A stretch of DNA of 28,438 nt from Opitutus sp. GAS368 (GTDB lineage Bacteria > Verrucomicrobiota > Verrucomicrobiia > Opitutales > Opitutaceae), in NCBI GenBank assembly GCA_945861645.1, contig CAMAVZ010000026.1, positions 1 through 28,438 on the forward strand, read 5' to 3'. The notes beneath the pieces were generated by a model that was not told where the DNA came from, made no database searches, and was given only the letters and a program-made list of their open reading frames with translations. The translations under genes were made by a program, and so were the position numbers. This document shows positions 18,465 to 26,996 of the stretch, piece by piece (the first letter of the stretch is position 1; every line of letters begins with the position of its first letter).

Positions 18465-19940
18465 ATGCTCCGTAAGCTCATTTCAAAAATCCGGCAGACC
18501 TTTGTGAAGGACGACCAGCGTTCCGAGACCAAGCCGGCTCATAAATCAGGGAGACCCGTTCCGAAAAGTGGCGAACATCGCCATGACAAGCGGCCCACCG
18601 CGCATCCGGCGAGATCAATCGGTTCCGCCCGCTCAAATCCGCCCCCGCATCGTGAGGCGAACTCGAGTCGGCCTGCGCCGGTCGTGGCCCGCGCGCCTCA
18701 TGTCGCCAAGCCGTTGCCCGAGGTACCTAAGCTGGATACCGTCTTCACCCAATTGGGGTTGAGTGACCGGATCGCCTTTGCCGTCCAAGGCATGGGCTAC
18801 GAAGTACCAACGCCGATTCAAGCTCAGGCCATCCCGATTATTTTAAGTGGTCGCGATGTGATTGGTTCAGCCCAGACAGGGACCGGAAAAACCGCGGCCT
18901 TTGCGTTACCGATTCTGCATCGGCTGCAGCAGCACGGAAAAATGCGGTGCCTCATTTTGGAGCCCACGCGCGAGCTAGCGGTGCAGGTAGAGGAGGCTTT
19001 CAAGAATTTTTCGAAATATACCGACCTCAGAGCGACCGTGGTGTACGGCGGCGTGGGTTACGGCAAGCAGCGGGAAGATCTTACCCACGGGGTGGATATC
19101 CTCGCGGCGACTCCTGGACGTTTACTCGACTACATGGAGCAAGGCGAAATCCGGCTCGATAACATTGATATCCTCGTGCTCGACGAGGTCGACCGGATGC
19201 TCGACATGGGTTTTTTGCCTGATGTGAAACGCATCGTAGCCAAGGTGCCACGCGAGCGGCAGACATTATTTTTTACCGCGACACTCCCGCCCGAAATTGA
19301 GCAGCTCGCCGCTTGGGCGCTGCGCTCGCCCGAAACTATTTCGATCGGTCGGCAACGCTCGACCGCGGAGACGATCACGCACGCTTTTTATCCCGTGGTG
19401 CAGGCGCAAAAATTTGATCTTCTCGCGCACTTATTGGAGAAAACTCATTATAAGAGCGTCATTATTTTTTCCCGGACCAAATCAGGGGCGGACTACGTAG
19501 CTAGCCGACTTAAACAAGCAGGTCACACGTGTGCGGTGATGCATGCCGATCGCAGTCAGCAAGAGCGTACCGATGCGCTGAAGGGTTTTAAATCCGGTCA
19601 ATATGAAGTGCTGGTCGCCACCGATTTAGTCGCGCGCGGTCTTGATATTGCGGATGTATCGCACGTGATCAATTTCGACGTCCCAGAAAATCCAGAAGAT
19701 TACGTCCATCGCATCGGGCGCACGGGTCGGGCGCACAAGACAGGCGATGCCTTCACGTTAGTGACCGAGGAGACGTGGCGTGACGCCCGCAGCATTGAGC
19801 GCTTTATTGGCCAGAGCATCGAGTGGAAGAAAGTTACGGGGTTTAATTATACCTATTCCGGCATTTTTGATGGCGGCGGGATGCCCCAGCTAGCCCCAGA
19901 AAAACCGAAGAGTCGGCTCACGCGCGGCGGACGGCGTTGA
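18465..19940 (+). CDS. DEAD-box ATP-dependent RNA helicase (RhlE/RhlB-like) with N-terminal extension
   Basis: Q-motif PTPIQ, AQTGTGKT, PTRELA, TPGRL, DEVD, TAT, ARGLD, HRIGRTGR. Start at ATG 18465 (MLRKLISK). Confidence 0.95.
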   Translation: MLRKLISKIRQTFVKDDQRSETKPAHKSGRPVPKSGEHRHDKRPTAHPARSIGSARSNPPPHREANSSRPAPVVARAPHVAKPLPEVPKLDTVFTQLGLSDRIAFAVQGMGYEVPTPIQAQAIPIILSGRDVIGSAQTGTGKTAAFALPILHRLQQHGKMRCLILEPTRELAVQVEEAFKNFSKYTDLRATVVYGGVGYGKQREDLTHGVDILAATPGRLLDYMEQGEIRLDNIDILVLDEVDRMLDMGFLPDVKRIVAKVPRERQTLFFTATLPPEIEQLAAWALRSPETISIGRQRSTAETITHAFYPVVQAQKFDLLAHLLEKTHYKSVIIFSRTKSGADYVASRLKQAGHTCAVMHADRSQQERTDALKGFKSGQYEVLVATDLVARGLDIADVSHVINFDVPENPEDYVHRIGRTGRAHKTGDAFTLVTEETWRDARSIERFIGQSIEWKKVTGFNYTYSGIFDGGGMPQLAPEKPKSRLTRGGRR

Positions 19941-20004
19941 GGGGTGGTTGGGTGACAGAGGATTCGGTTGCCAAACTGGCGAGCCCTCGCACCGTAGCGA
20001 ACTC

Positions 20005-20601
20005 ATGAAGTTGGTTATCCCTGCGGGTAATTTTGCTGGTTATATTTTTGATCTCGACGGCACGCTCGTCGATACCATGCCGCTGCATTATCGAGCCTGT
20101 AATGAGGCGATGCAGCACGCGGGTTTACAGGAGCCACTGAGCGAAGATCTGTTTTATTCGCTCGGCGGGGTCCCGACGTTGCGGGTGGCTGAATTGCTCG
20201 GCCGGCACTACGGCATCGCCTTAGACCCCCATCAGGTATTTCACCAAAAAGAAGCGCGGTTTGTCGCGTTGCAGGGTCAGGTGACGCTGATCGAGCCCGT
20301 GGTAAATTTTGCGCGGCGCGTGGCGACGCAATTTCCAGTGAGCGTGGCCTCAGGCGGGCCGCGGGTAGTGGTGCGAGGGACGTTAGCACAAGTCGGCTTG
20401 GCCGCATTATTTTCGGTGGTCGTAACGCCCGAGGATGTAACGCACGGGAAGCCCTCGCCAGAGATGTTTTTACTCGCCGCCAAAAAAATGGGAGTGCCGC
20501 CGGCCCAGTGCTTAGTGTTTGAGGATGCGGAACCCGGCATCCAGGCCGCCGAAGCGGCGGGGATGCAATGGGTCCATGTGCCTAGTCGCGGGCCGCGCTG
20601 A
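20005..20601 (+). CDS. HAD-family phosphatase (YqaB/beta-phosphoglucomutase-like)
   Basis: IFDLDGTLVDTM, VASGG, GKPSPEMF, LVFEDAEPGIQAA. Confidence 0.92.
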   Translation: MKLVIPAGNFAGYIFDLDGTLVDTMPLHYRACNEAMQHAGLQEPLSEDLFYSLGGVPTLRVAELLGRHYGIALDPHQVFHQKEARFVALQGQVTLIEPVVNFARRVATQFPVSVASGGPRVVVRGTLAQVGLAALFSVVVTPEDVTHGKPSPEMFLLAAKKMGVPPAQCLVFEDAEPGIQAAEAAGMQWVHVPSRGPR

Positions 20602-20653
20602 CGCAGGCTGCTTTTGATTTGAGTCAAAGCCACCCAGCGCATGGGCTAGGCGC

Positions 20654-21742
20654 ATGACCTTTGCGGACCTTGCGAATCAGAAAATATTAACCCAACCGAT
20701 CTACGAGGCGGGCAAGCCGATTGATCAAGTGGCGCGGGAGTTGGGGCTCGATCCGGCCAGCATCTGCAAGCTCGCCTCTAATGAAAATCCCTTGGGGCCT
20801 TCGCCGCTGGCCGTAGCAGCCGGGGAGCGCGCCTTGCGCGAAGCGCATTTGTATCCTGATGGCGGCTATTTTTTGCTGCGGCAGAAGTTGGCCCAGAAAT
20901 GGAGTTTGGGCATGGATCAATTTATTATTGGCAATGGTTCCAACGAAATTCTGGAATTGTTGGGTCATGCTTTTCTCGCGCCTGGGGTGGAGTGCGTCAT
21001 GCACCAGTCGTCCTTTGTCGTCTATAAATTGGTCACGTTGATGTTTGGCGCCACGCCCGTCGAAGTGCCCCTGCAGCAAATGCGGCAGGATTTAACGAGT
21101 CTCGCGGCGGCGGTGACCTCCCGGACGCGCTTGGTGTTTCTCGCCAGCCCCGCTAATCCCCTCGGCGGCGCCAACACGGCGGAAGAAATTAATGCGCTCG
21201 TGCACGCTTTGCCCCCGCATGTGATACTTGTTTTTGATGAGGCTTACGCTGAGTACGTGGCCGCGGCGCCCGATCTCCGCGCTTTGATCGCCGCGGGACG
21301 TAAGATTATTTGTCTGCGGACTTTTTCAAAAATATATGGCCTCGCCTCATTGCGGGTCGGTTATGGTTATGCGGCCGCTGAATTGATCGCGATCATTCAG
21401 CGGGCTCGGCAGCCTTTTAATGTTGGTGGGGTGGCGGCGGCCGCAGCGGCGGCCGCTTTGGATGATCATGAGTTCGTCGCCCGTTGCCTGCGTGAAAATC
21501 AGCTCGGCCTGGCGCAGCTTAGCGCGGGTTTCAGCGCGCAGGGTCTGGAATTTGTCCCGGGCTGCGGAAATTTTATCTTGGTTAAGGTGGGCGATGGGGC
21601 GCGCGTCTTTAGCGCACTCCAGCAACGCGGGTTGATCGTTCGTCCGGTTAAGCCTTATGGCCTACCCGAGTGGGTGCGGATCACCGTCGGCACGCGGGCG
21701 CAAAACGAGCGGCTGCTGACTACGTTGGCCAGCGTGCTTTAA
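20654..21742 (+). CDS. hisC: Histidinol-phosphate aminotransferase
   Basis: KLASNENPLGPSP, YPDG, GNGSNE, DEAYAEY, PLP-lysine motif RTFSKIYGLASLRVGY, RITVGT. Confidence 0.93.
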   Translation: MTFADLANQKILTQPIYEAGKPIDQVARELGLDPASICKLASNENPLGPSPLAVAAGERALREAHLYPDGGYFLLRQKLAQKWSLGMDQFIIGNGSNEILELLGHAFLAPGVECVMHQSSFVVYKLVTLMFGATPVEVPLQQMRQDLTSLAAAVTSRTRLVFLASPANPLGGANTAEEINALVHALPPHVILVFDEAYAEYVAAAPDLRALIAAGRKIICLRTFSKIYGLASLRVGYGYAAAELIAIIQRARQPFNVGGVAAAAAAAALDDHEFVARCLRENQLGLAQLSAGFSAQGLEFVPGCGNFILVKVGDGARVFSALQQRGLIVRPVKPYGLPEWVRITVGTRAQNERLLTTLASVL

Positions 21743-22740
21743 AATTTGCGCACGCCGCGCTTAGTCGTAGCGCGCTGCAGTCGGTCATTAATGGCGGCAG
21801 CCAGCCCTTCAGCATCCGCGGGTAAGGCTTCAATCCAAATTTGCCGATACCCTCCTTGGTCCGCTTGGCGCAGGACCTGATAAAGATTTTTGGCCACGGC
21901 TTGGCCGTCGCCGCGTTGGCTGAGCCAAAGGCAATTAGGTCCCGCGATTTTCTGGGGGCGCCGCAGATAGATGCCGGCCACATCGGGTGGCAGGAGGGAC
22001 CACGCAGATTTAATCAGCAGGGGCGTGTGCGGACTATAGTGTTGGGGCAGTAATCCGGGGGCGAGTTGACCGATCGATATCGGCTGGGGGCGCGGCCTCG
22101 CAGTCTGGAGGCTAATTTTAGCGCCGAGGAATTTGCGAATGTCTGCCGCCGTGATGGCTCCTGGGCGCAAGATTTTCAGCGCTCTCGGATTAGTTAAATC
22201 GAGAATGGTAGATTCCAGACCCACGCTACAGGCGCCACCATTAAGGATGTAAGAAATTTTCTTCCCCAAGCTATCGCGGACGTGGGCGGCGGTGGTGGGA
22301 CTAATGTAACCAAAAGGATTCGCGCTCGGCGCGGCTAGGGGGATGCCGGCGCGGCGTAGCAATTGGCGAGTTAAGGGATGCGCGGGTGAGCGAATCGCCA
22401 CGGTGGCGCGGTCCGCCGTCACAATATCGGGAATGCAGATTTTTTTCGGCAGCACCAGCGTGAGCGGGCCGGGCCAAAAGCGGCGGGCGAGACGCCGGGC
22501 CAGCGGGTGAAAGGTTGCGAGTTCTTCGGCGTGTGCGAGGTCCAGCACATGGACGATTAAGGGATCTTGGGTCGGCCGACCTTTGGCGCGAAAGATGGCG
22601 CGGCAAGCTCGGGCATCGAGGGCGTTAGCCGCTAGGCCGTAGACCGTTTCGGTGGGTAAGGCGACGAGTCCGCCATCACGCAGGACCCCCGCTAAGCGGC
22701 GGAGGTTAACCGGAGTGGGGGAGTAGATTTTTGCAGGCAT
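21739..22740 (-). CDS. sua5: L-threonylcarbamoyladenylate synthase (Sua5, YrdC + SUA5 domains)
   Basis: PTETVYGLAANA, KGRPTQDPLIVH, FWPGPLT, AAPSAN, GLESTI, linker APGLLPQHYSP and C-terminal AINDRLQRA. Confidence 0.95.
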   Translation of the reverse strand: MPAKIYSPTPVNLRRLAGVLRDGGLVALPTETVYGLAANALDARACRAIFRAKGRPTQDPLIVHVLDLAHAEELATFHPLARRLARRFWPGPLTLVLPKKICIPDIVTADRATVAIRSPAHPLTRQLLRRAGIPLAAPSANPFGYISPTTAAHVRDSLGKKISYILNGGACSVGLESTILDLTNPRALKILRPGAITAADIRKFLGAKISLQTARPRPQPISIGQLAPGLLPQHYSPHTPLLIKSAWSLLPPDVAGIYLRRPQKIAGPNCLWLSQRGDGQAVAKNLYQVLRQADQGGYRQIWIEALPADAEGLAAAINDRLQRATTKRGVRKF

Positions 22741-22751
22741 GAAATCCGGCG

Positions 22752-22780
22752 AAAAAAAAGCCGGAGCAGATGCTCCGGCT
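22752..22780 (-). terminator. Intrinsic terminator of rpsR
   Basis: Minus strand AGCCGGAGC-ATCT-GCTCCGGCT perfect 9-bp stem running into an 8-T tract. Confidence 0.9.
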
Positions 22781-22803
22781 GAAATTATGGACTAAGCAAG
22801 CGC

Positions 22804-22998
22804 TTAGAGCATCGTCAGCAAATTGCGCGCGCTCTTAATCTTGGAGGTAACATTCCGCTGCTCTTTGGCGGAGAGGTGGGTGTATTTGCGCGGCAGAATC
22901 TTACCCGTGTCGGTGATGTAGCGGCTCATCAGCTGCGGCTGGGTGAAAGGAATTTCTTGCGGCGTAAGGGTCTGTTGCTTGGCTTCGGTGGTGCTCAT
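22804..22998 (-). CDS. rpsR: 30S ribosomal protein S18 (short, cysteine-free)
   Basis: SRYITDTGKILPRKYTHLSAKEQRNVTSKIKSARNL matches the bS18 core pattern (I...GKI.PR..T......QR.....IK.AR.L). Confidence 0.92.
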   Translation of the reverse strand: MSTTEAKQQTLTPQEIPFTQPQLMSRYITDTGKILPRKYTHLSAKEQRNVTSKIKSARNLLTML

Positions 22999-23015
22999 GT
23001 TGAAAAAGGAGTCGG

Positions 23016-23044
23016 AAGGTTGAGTTTCCCCTCCGCTCTGTCAA
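23016..23044 (-). promoter_or_regulatory. Putative sigma70 promoter of rpsR
   Basis: Consensus TTGACA (23044-23039), 17 nt spacer, AACCTT (23021-23016), then 17 nt to the ATG. Confidence 0.65.
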
Positions 23045-23099
23045 CGGGCATTTTTGATTTGCCAATCCATCGGCCAAGGCATGTCTGGAAACCAGTTTA

Positions 23100-23175
23100 G
23101 TCCCCGTAGCTCAAATGGATAGAGCAGGCGTTTCCTAAACGTCATATCCCGGTTCAATTCCGGGCGGGGGCACCA
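23100..23175 (+). tRNA. tRNA-Arg (anticodon CCT)
   Basis: GTCCCCGTAGCTCAAATGGATAGAGCAGGCGTTTCCTAAACGTCATATCCCGGTTCAATTCCGGGCGGGGGCACCA: 76 nt, acceptor GTCCCCG/CGGGGGC, anticodon loop TTCCTAA, encoded CCA. Confidence 0.95.
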
Positions 23176-23242
23176 ACTGTTGCTTAGAGCGATGTGCGCT
23201 AGGAGCTTGCCTGCGGTCGGGGTTGGTTTAATTCTCTGCGCT

Positions 23243-24334
23243 GTGCCTAATTCCTTCGGAAAAATTTTCCAGATAACCACTTGGGGCGAAAGCCACGGCT
23301 CGGCCGTGGGCGTGGTGATCGATGGCTGCCCGCCCCGACTCCCCTTAACGGTGGCTGATCTCCAGGCAGATCTTGATCGTCGTCGCCCCGGCCAGAGCGA
23401 CATCACGACGCCACGCAAAGAGGCGGATAAAGTGGAGATACTGGCCGGGGTCTTTGAAGGCCTGACCACCGGAGCGCCGCTCTCATTTTTAGTTCATAAT
23501 AGCGATCAGCGGTCGGAGGCTTATGATGAGATGCGCGAAAAATTTCGCCCCTCGCATGCCGATTATACTTATCAGGCTAAATATGGCCATCGCGACCACC
23601 GCGGCGGCGGACGTTCTTCGGCGCGTGAAACGATTGGTCGCGTCATCGCCGGGGCCGTCGCCAAGAAGATACTTGCCTTGGCGGGCGGCGTGGAGATCCG
23701 GGCGTACGTGACGCAGATCCATGACCTAGCCGCGCCGGTGATGAGCAATTTCCCGAGCTTGGCTGACGTTGAGGCTTCCGCGGTGCGTTGTCCGCATGCG
23801 GCGACCGCGGCCCAGATGGTCGAGCGAATTAAACAAGCGCGGAGTGAGGGCGATTCTGTGGGTGGGATCATCGAATGCCGTGCTCGTCTGGTGCCGGTCG
23901 GCCTGGGCGAACCCGTATTCGATCGGCTCGAGGCTGATTTGGCCAAAGCGATGCTCTCACTGCCGGCGACGAAGGGTTTTGAAATTGGCAGTGGCTTTGC
24001 CGGAGCCCAACTGAAGGGCTCCGAACACAATGATGCCTTCGTGCCCCGCGGGGCCGGGATTGGCACCGCAACCAATCGTTCCGGCGGCGTGCAGGGCGGC
24101 ATTAGTAATGGAGAGGAAATTATCTTCCGCGTCGCGTTCAAGCCGACCGCCACGATCCTCCAATCCCAAAAAACAGTGGATCTTCACGGAGCCGCGACTG
24201 ACTTGCATGCCCGAGGTCGCCACGATCCCTGCGTGGTGCCGCGCGCGGTGGTCATTGTTGAGGCTATGACGGCGCTCGTGCTCGTTGACCACTGGATGCG
24301 TCAGCATGCACAAACCCAAACTTTCAAGTTTTGA
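23243..24334 (+). CDS. aroC: Chorismate synthase
   Basis: GTG start ([19 protein letters not shown]), [56 protein letters not shown]. Confidence 0.98.
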   Translation: MPNSFGKIFQITTWGESHGSAVGVVIDGCPPRLPLTVADLQADLDRRRPGQSDITTPRKEADKVEILAGVFEGLTTGAPLSFLVHNSDQRSEAYDEMREKFRPSHADYTYQAKYGHRDHRGGGRSSARETIGRVIAGAVAKKILALAGGVEIRAYVTQIHDLAAPVMSNFPSLADVEASAVRCPHAATAAQMVERIKQARSEGDSVGGIIECRARLVPVGLGEPVFDRLEADLAKAMLSLPATKGFEIGSGFAGAQLKGSEHNDAFVPRGAGIGTATNRSGGVQGGISNGEEIIFRVAFKPTATILQSQKTVDLHGAATDLHARGRHDPCVVPRAVVIVEAMTALVLVDHWMRQHAQTQTFKF

Positions 24335-24413
24335 TCCGACCTGCGCTCAGCTCACGCCGCCGCACTCCTTGGGGGCGTTTGCGGTCAGAGCGTGGCGGTG
24401 ATTTTTGTTAACC

Positions 24414-25172
24414 ATGATTTCTGTTTATTTTTTGATCGGCTCGCCAGAGTCAGGCCGTCGCGCCGTCGTGCGTGATTTGGTGGAGAATGGACTCGCGGCG
24501 GAAGCGCCGGCGCTGCTGTTGCTGGCCGCGAGCGAGCTCGCCAATCCCGTTGATGCTAAGTTGGCGGCGCTCAAAAATCTGACGGTGCACCGCTGGGAGT
24601 GGGCCGCGCCCGAGCTACCGGTCATGGAAATTACGCCTGAGACCACCGTTTTTTTTCTAGCCGACGCACGAATCAATCCGATGGATCAGTTGGAGGCGTT
24701 GAAGCCCTGGTTAGAGCAGCAGGGGGCCGAACTCGCGCGGATTTTCTGTTTCATCGATTGTCAGTTGGCGGAGAAGCACCCGGTGCTGAAGCAGTGGTTT
24801 TCCGCCTGCATTCATTTTGCGGATGTGGTTTTTCTGACCAAGCGCGAAGGCGTCGCTAATAAATGGCTCAGTGATTTTATTAATTCCTACAAAGACGAGT
24901 GTTTCCCTTGCCACTTCGTCCAAGTAAAAACCAAGGGCGAGCTCGCCCATCCGCTGGTGTTGCTCGATCCCACGCCGCGGCGGGTATCGCAATATTTTGA
25001 GGAAGGAGAAACTTATGTGGTCGAGGGACTCGAGACGGATGATGAAGAGGACGGCGACGAAGATACGGGCCTGCTGCCGCCAGAGCCCTATTTTATTCGC
25101 GACCTCAGCGGTCGGCGGGAGAAAGAACTTCCCGTGTTAACCGATTTTTTAAACCGTTCTGTCTCAGGCTAA
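24414..25172 (+). CDS. Hypothetical protein with degenerate CobW/G3E P-loop GTPase-like fold
   Basis: VYFLIGSPESGRR (Walker-A-like, no Lys), IFCFIDC, and IHFADVVFLTKRE (compare CobW IxFADxxxLNKxD); acidic C-terminal tract. Confidence 0.6.
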   Translation: MISVYFLIGSPESGRRAVVRDLVENGLAAEAPALLLLAASELANPVDAKLAALKNLTVHRWEWAAPELPVMEITPETTVFFLADARINPMDQLEALKPWLEQQGAELARIFCFIDCQLAEKHPVLKQWFSACIHFADVVFLTKREGVANKWLSDFINSYKDECFPCHFVQVKTKGELAHPLVLLDPTPRRVSQYFEEGETYVVEGLETDDEEDGDEDTGLLPPEPYFIRDLSGRREKELPVLTDFLNRSVSG

Positions 25173-25309
25173 TCCCGCTCCTTAGCTGCCAGTTGCCTAA
25201 ATGTGCCAGCTTGGTTAATTAATAAAATTAGGCTAAATTTAGGCTGGACTAGTTCAATTATCTTATCGCAACATATCTGCGTCCCCCCTCCCCCCGCTTT
25301 TTTGCTTTC

Positions 25310-26989
25310 ATGGGCTTACCCAAATTCACACTCGCATGGTTGGCTGTTAGTCTAGTCACGCAGGTGGCCGCGCAGACCGTGTCGCCGGATAATGTGCTGA
25401 CAACCGATGAGCAGGCTTCGCGCTTTCTGGCGCAAGCCACGTTTGGTCCTTCGACTGAATCGATTGCCGAGCTCCGAGCCTTAAACTATAATTATAGCAC
25501 GTGGATTGATCGCGAGATGGCGAAACCCGCAACCCTCGCTACGCCGCTGGCAGTGGCGGCGAAAACTTCGGGGCAAATAACGTCGATTACGGCGACCTAT
25601 AATCGGCGCGCCCGCAATGAGGTGATGATATCAGGGAGCGACCAATTGCGGCAGCGGGTCGCTTATGCGCTGAGCCAGATTTTTGTTATCTCGGACAATA
25701 CTTCCGTTATTTATAATGCCGAGCAAGGTTCGAGTAGTTACTATGATATGTTACTGCGCAATAGTTTCGGGACCTTTCGCCAGTTGCTGCTCGAGGTGAC
25801 TTATCATCCGATGATGGGGCGCTATTTGACCCACTACCAAAACCGCAAAGCAAACCTCACGACGGGCACGCGACCCGATGAGAATTATGCGCGCGAGGTC
25901 ATGCAGCTTTTTTCCATCGGCCTTTATCAGTTGGATGCGGCGGGTAATTACATCAACGACAGCAACGGACGCCCGCGAGAGACCTACACCAATAATCAGA
26001 TCATGGAGCTGGCGCGGGTGTTTACCGGTTTTACCACCGAGGATTTTAATCCCAATGCGGTCGGAACTGGGACCGGCCTGCTCGATTTTCCCCGCATCAC
26101 GACCCAAAATTATACCGCACCCATGAAGATGTGGGACAAGCAGCACGATATGGGGGCGAAAACGCTGCTGGATTATCCGGGTGTGCGGAAGCGCGACCTC
26201 CCCGCCAATCAGACGGGCATGCAAGACGTCAGTGATGCCATTGATAATCTCGTCGAGCACCCCTCGGTAGGGCCCTATATTTCGCGTTTACTCATCCAGC
26301 GTTTGGTGACCTCCAATCCTTCGGATGGTTACATGACCCGCGTCGCCGCAATTTTTGCGAACAACGGCCGCGGGCAGCGCGGCGACTTGGCCGCAGTCAT
26401 CAAAGCTATCTTGCTCGATAGCGAAGCCCGCAGCCTGAGTATAATTTTAGATCCGGCGCATGGAAAGCTCAACGAGCCCGTGCTGCGCTTTACCGCCTTG
26501 CTGCGGGCTTTTAAGTATAAGGTGCCCACCACCCTCTTGCCTTTTGATTTTGGCGGTGCGGCCACTGAAAATACGCTGGGCCAGTATCCGTTATCAGCGC
26601 CCTCAGTTTTTAATTTCTATCAACCCGATTATGAACCGCAAGGGGTGATCGGGACTTACGGTCTCGTCGGTCCTGAGTTTCAGATTTTGAATGCCGTCTA
26701 TGGCATTTCGACCCCCAATCTGTTTTACAATCTCATCTATACTACGGCGGGTAGTTTCAGCCTAGATTTCACGCCGCAGGCCGCGCTGGCGACCGGGGCG
26801 ATGATCGATAATATTGATCTGCTGCTCACGCACGGCATGATGAGCAGCGCGACGCGGGCGCTGATCACCACCGCCGTTGATAGTATCACTGCGGCCATGG
26901 TACCTTCGGGTAGTACGCTTGCGTTGACCAAGGTTCGGCAGGCGATTTACCTGACCGTGATATCTCCGGATTGCGCCGTGCTTAAATAA
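25310..26989 (+). CDS. DUF1800 family exported protein
   Basis: Signal peptide; ASRFLAQATFG, DQLRQRVAYALSQIFVIS, HPMMGRYL, PDENYAREVMQLFSIGL, ARVFTG, RLVTSNPS, APSVFNFY. Confidence 0.92.
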   Translation: MGLPKFTLAWLAVSLVTQVAAQTVSPDNVLTTDEQASRFLAQATFGPSTESIAELRALNYNYSTWIDREMAKPATLATPLAVAAKTSGQITSITATYNRRARNEVMISGSDQLRQRVAYALSQIFVISDNTSVIYNAEQGSSSYYDMLLRNSFGTFRQLLLEVTYHPMMGRYLTHYQNRKANLTTGTRPDENYAREVMQLFSIGLYQLDAAGNYINDSNGRPRETYTNNQIMELARVFTGFTTEDFNPNAVGTGTGLLDFPRITTQNYTAPMKMWDKQHDMGAKTLLDYPGVRKRDLPANQTGMQDVSDAIDNLVEHPSVGPYISRLLIQRLVTSNPSDGYMTRVAAIFANNGRGQRGDLAAVIKAILLDSEARSLSIILDPAHGKLNEPVLRFTALLRAFKYKVPTTLLPFDFGGAATENTLGQYPLSAPSVFNFYQPDYEPQGVIGTYGLVGPEFQILNAVYGISTPNLFYNLIYTTAGSFSLDFTPQAALATGAMIDNIDLLLTHGMMSSATRALITTAVDSITAAMVPSGSTLALTKVRQAIYLTVISPDCAVLK

Positions 26990-26996
26990 TATTCCC

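Noticed and set aside
23100..23243. tRNA-Arg(CCT) and tRNA-Pro as possible integration sites
   Set aside because: No integrase, no duplicated tRNA 3' end, and ordinary chromosomal genes lie directly downstream of both.
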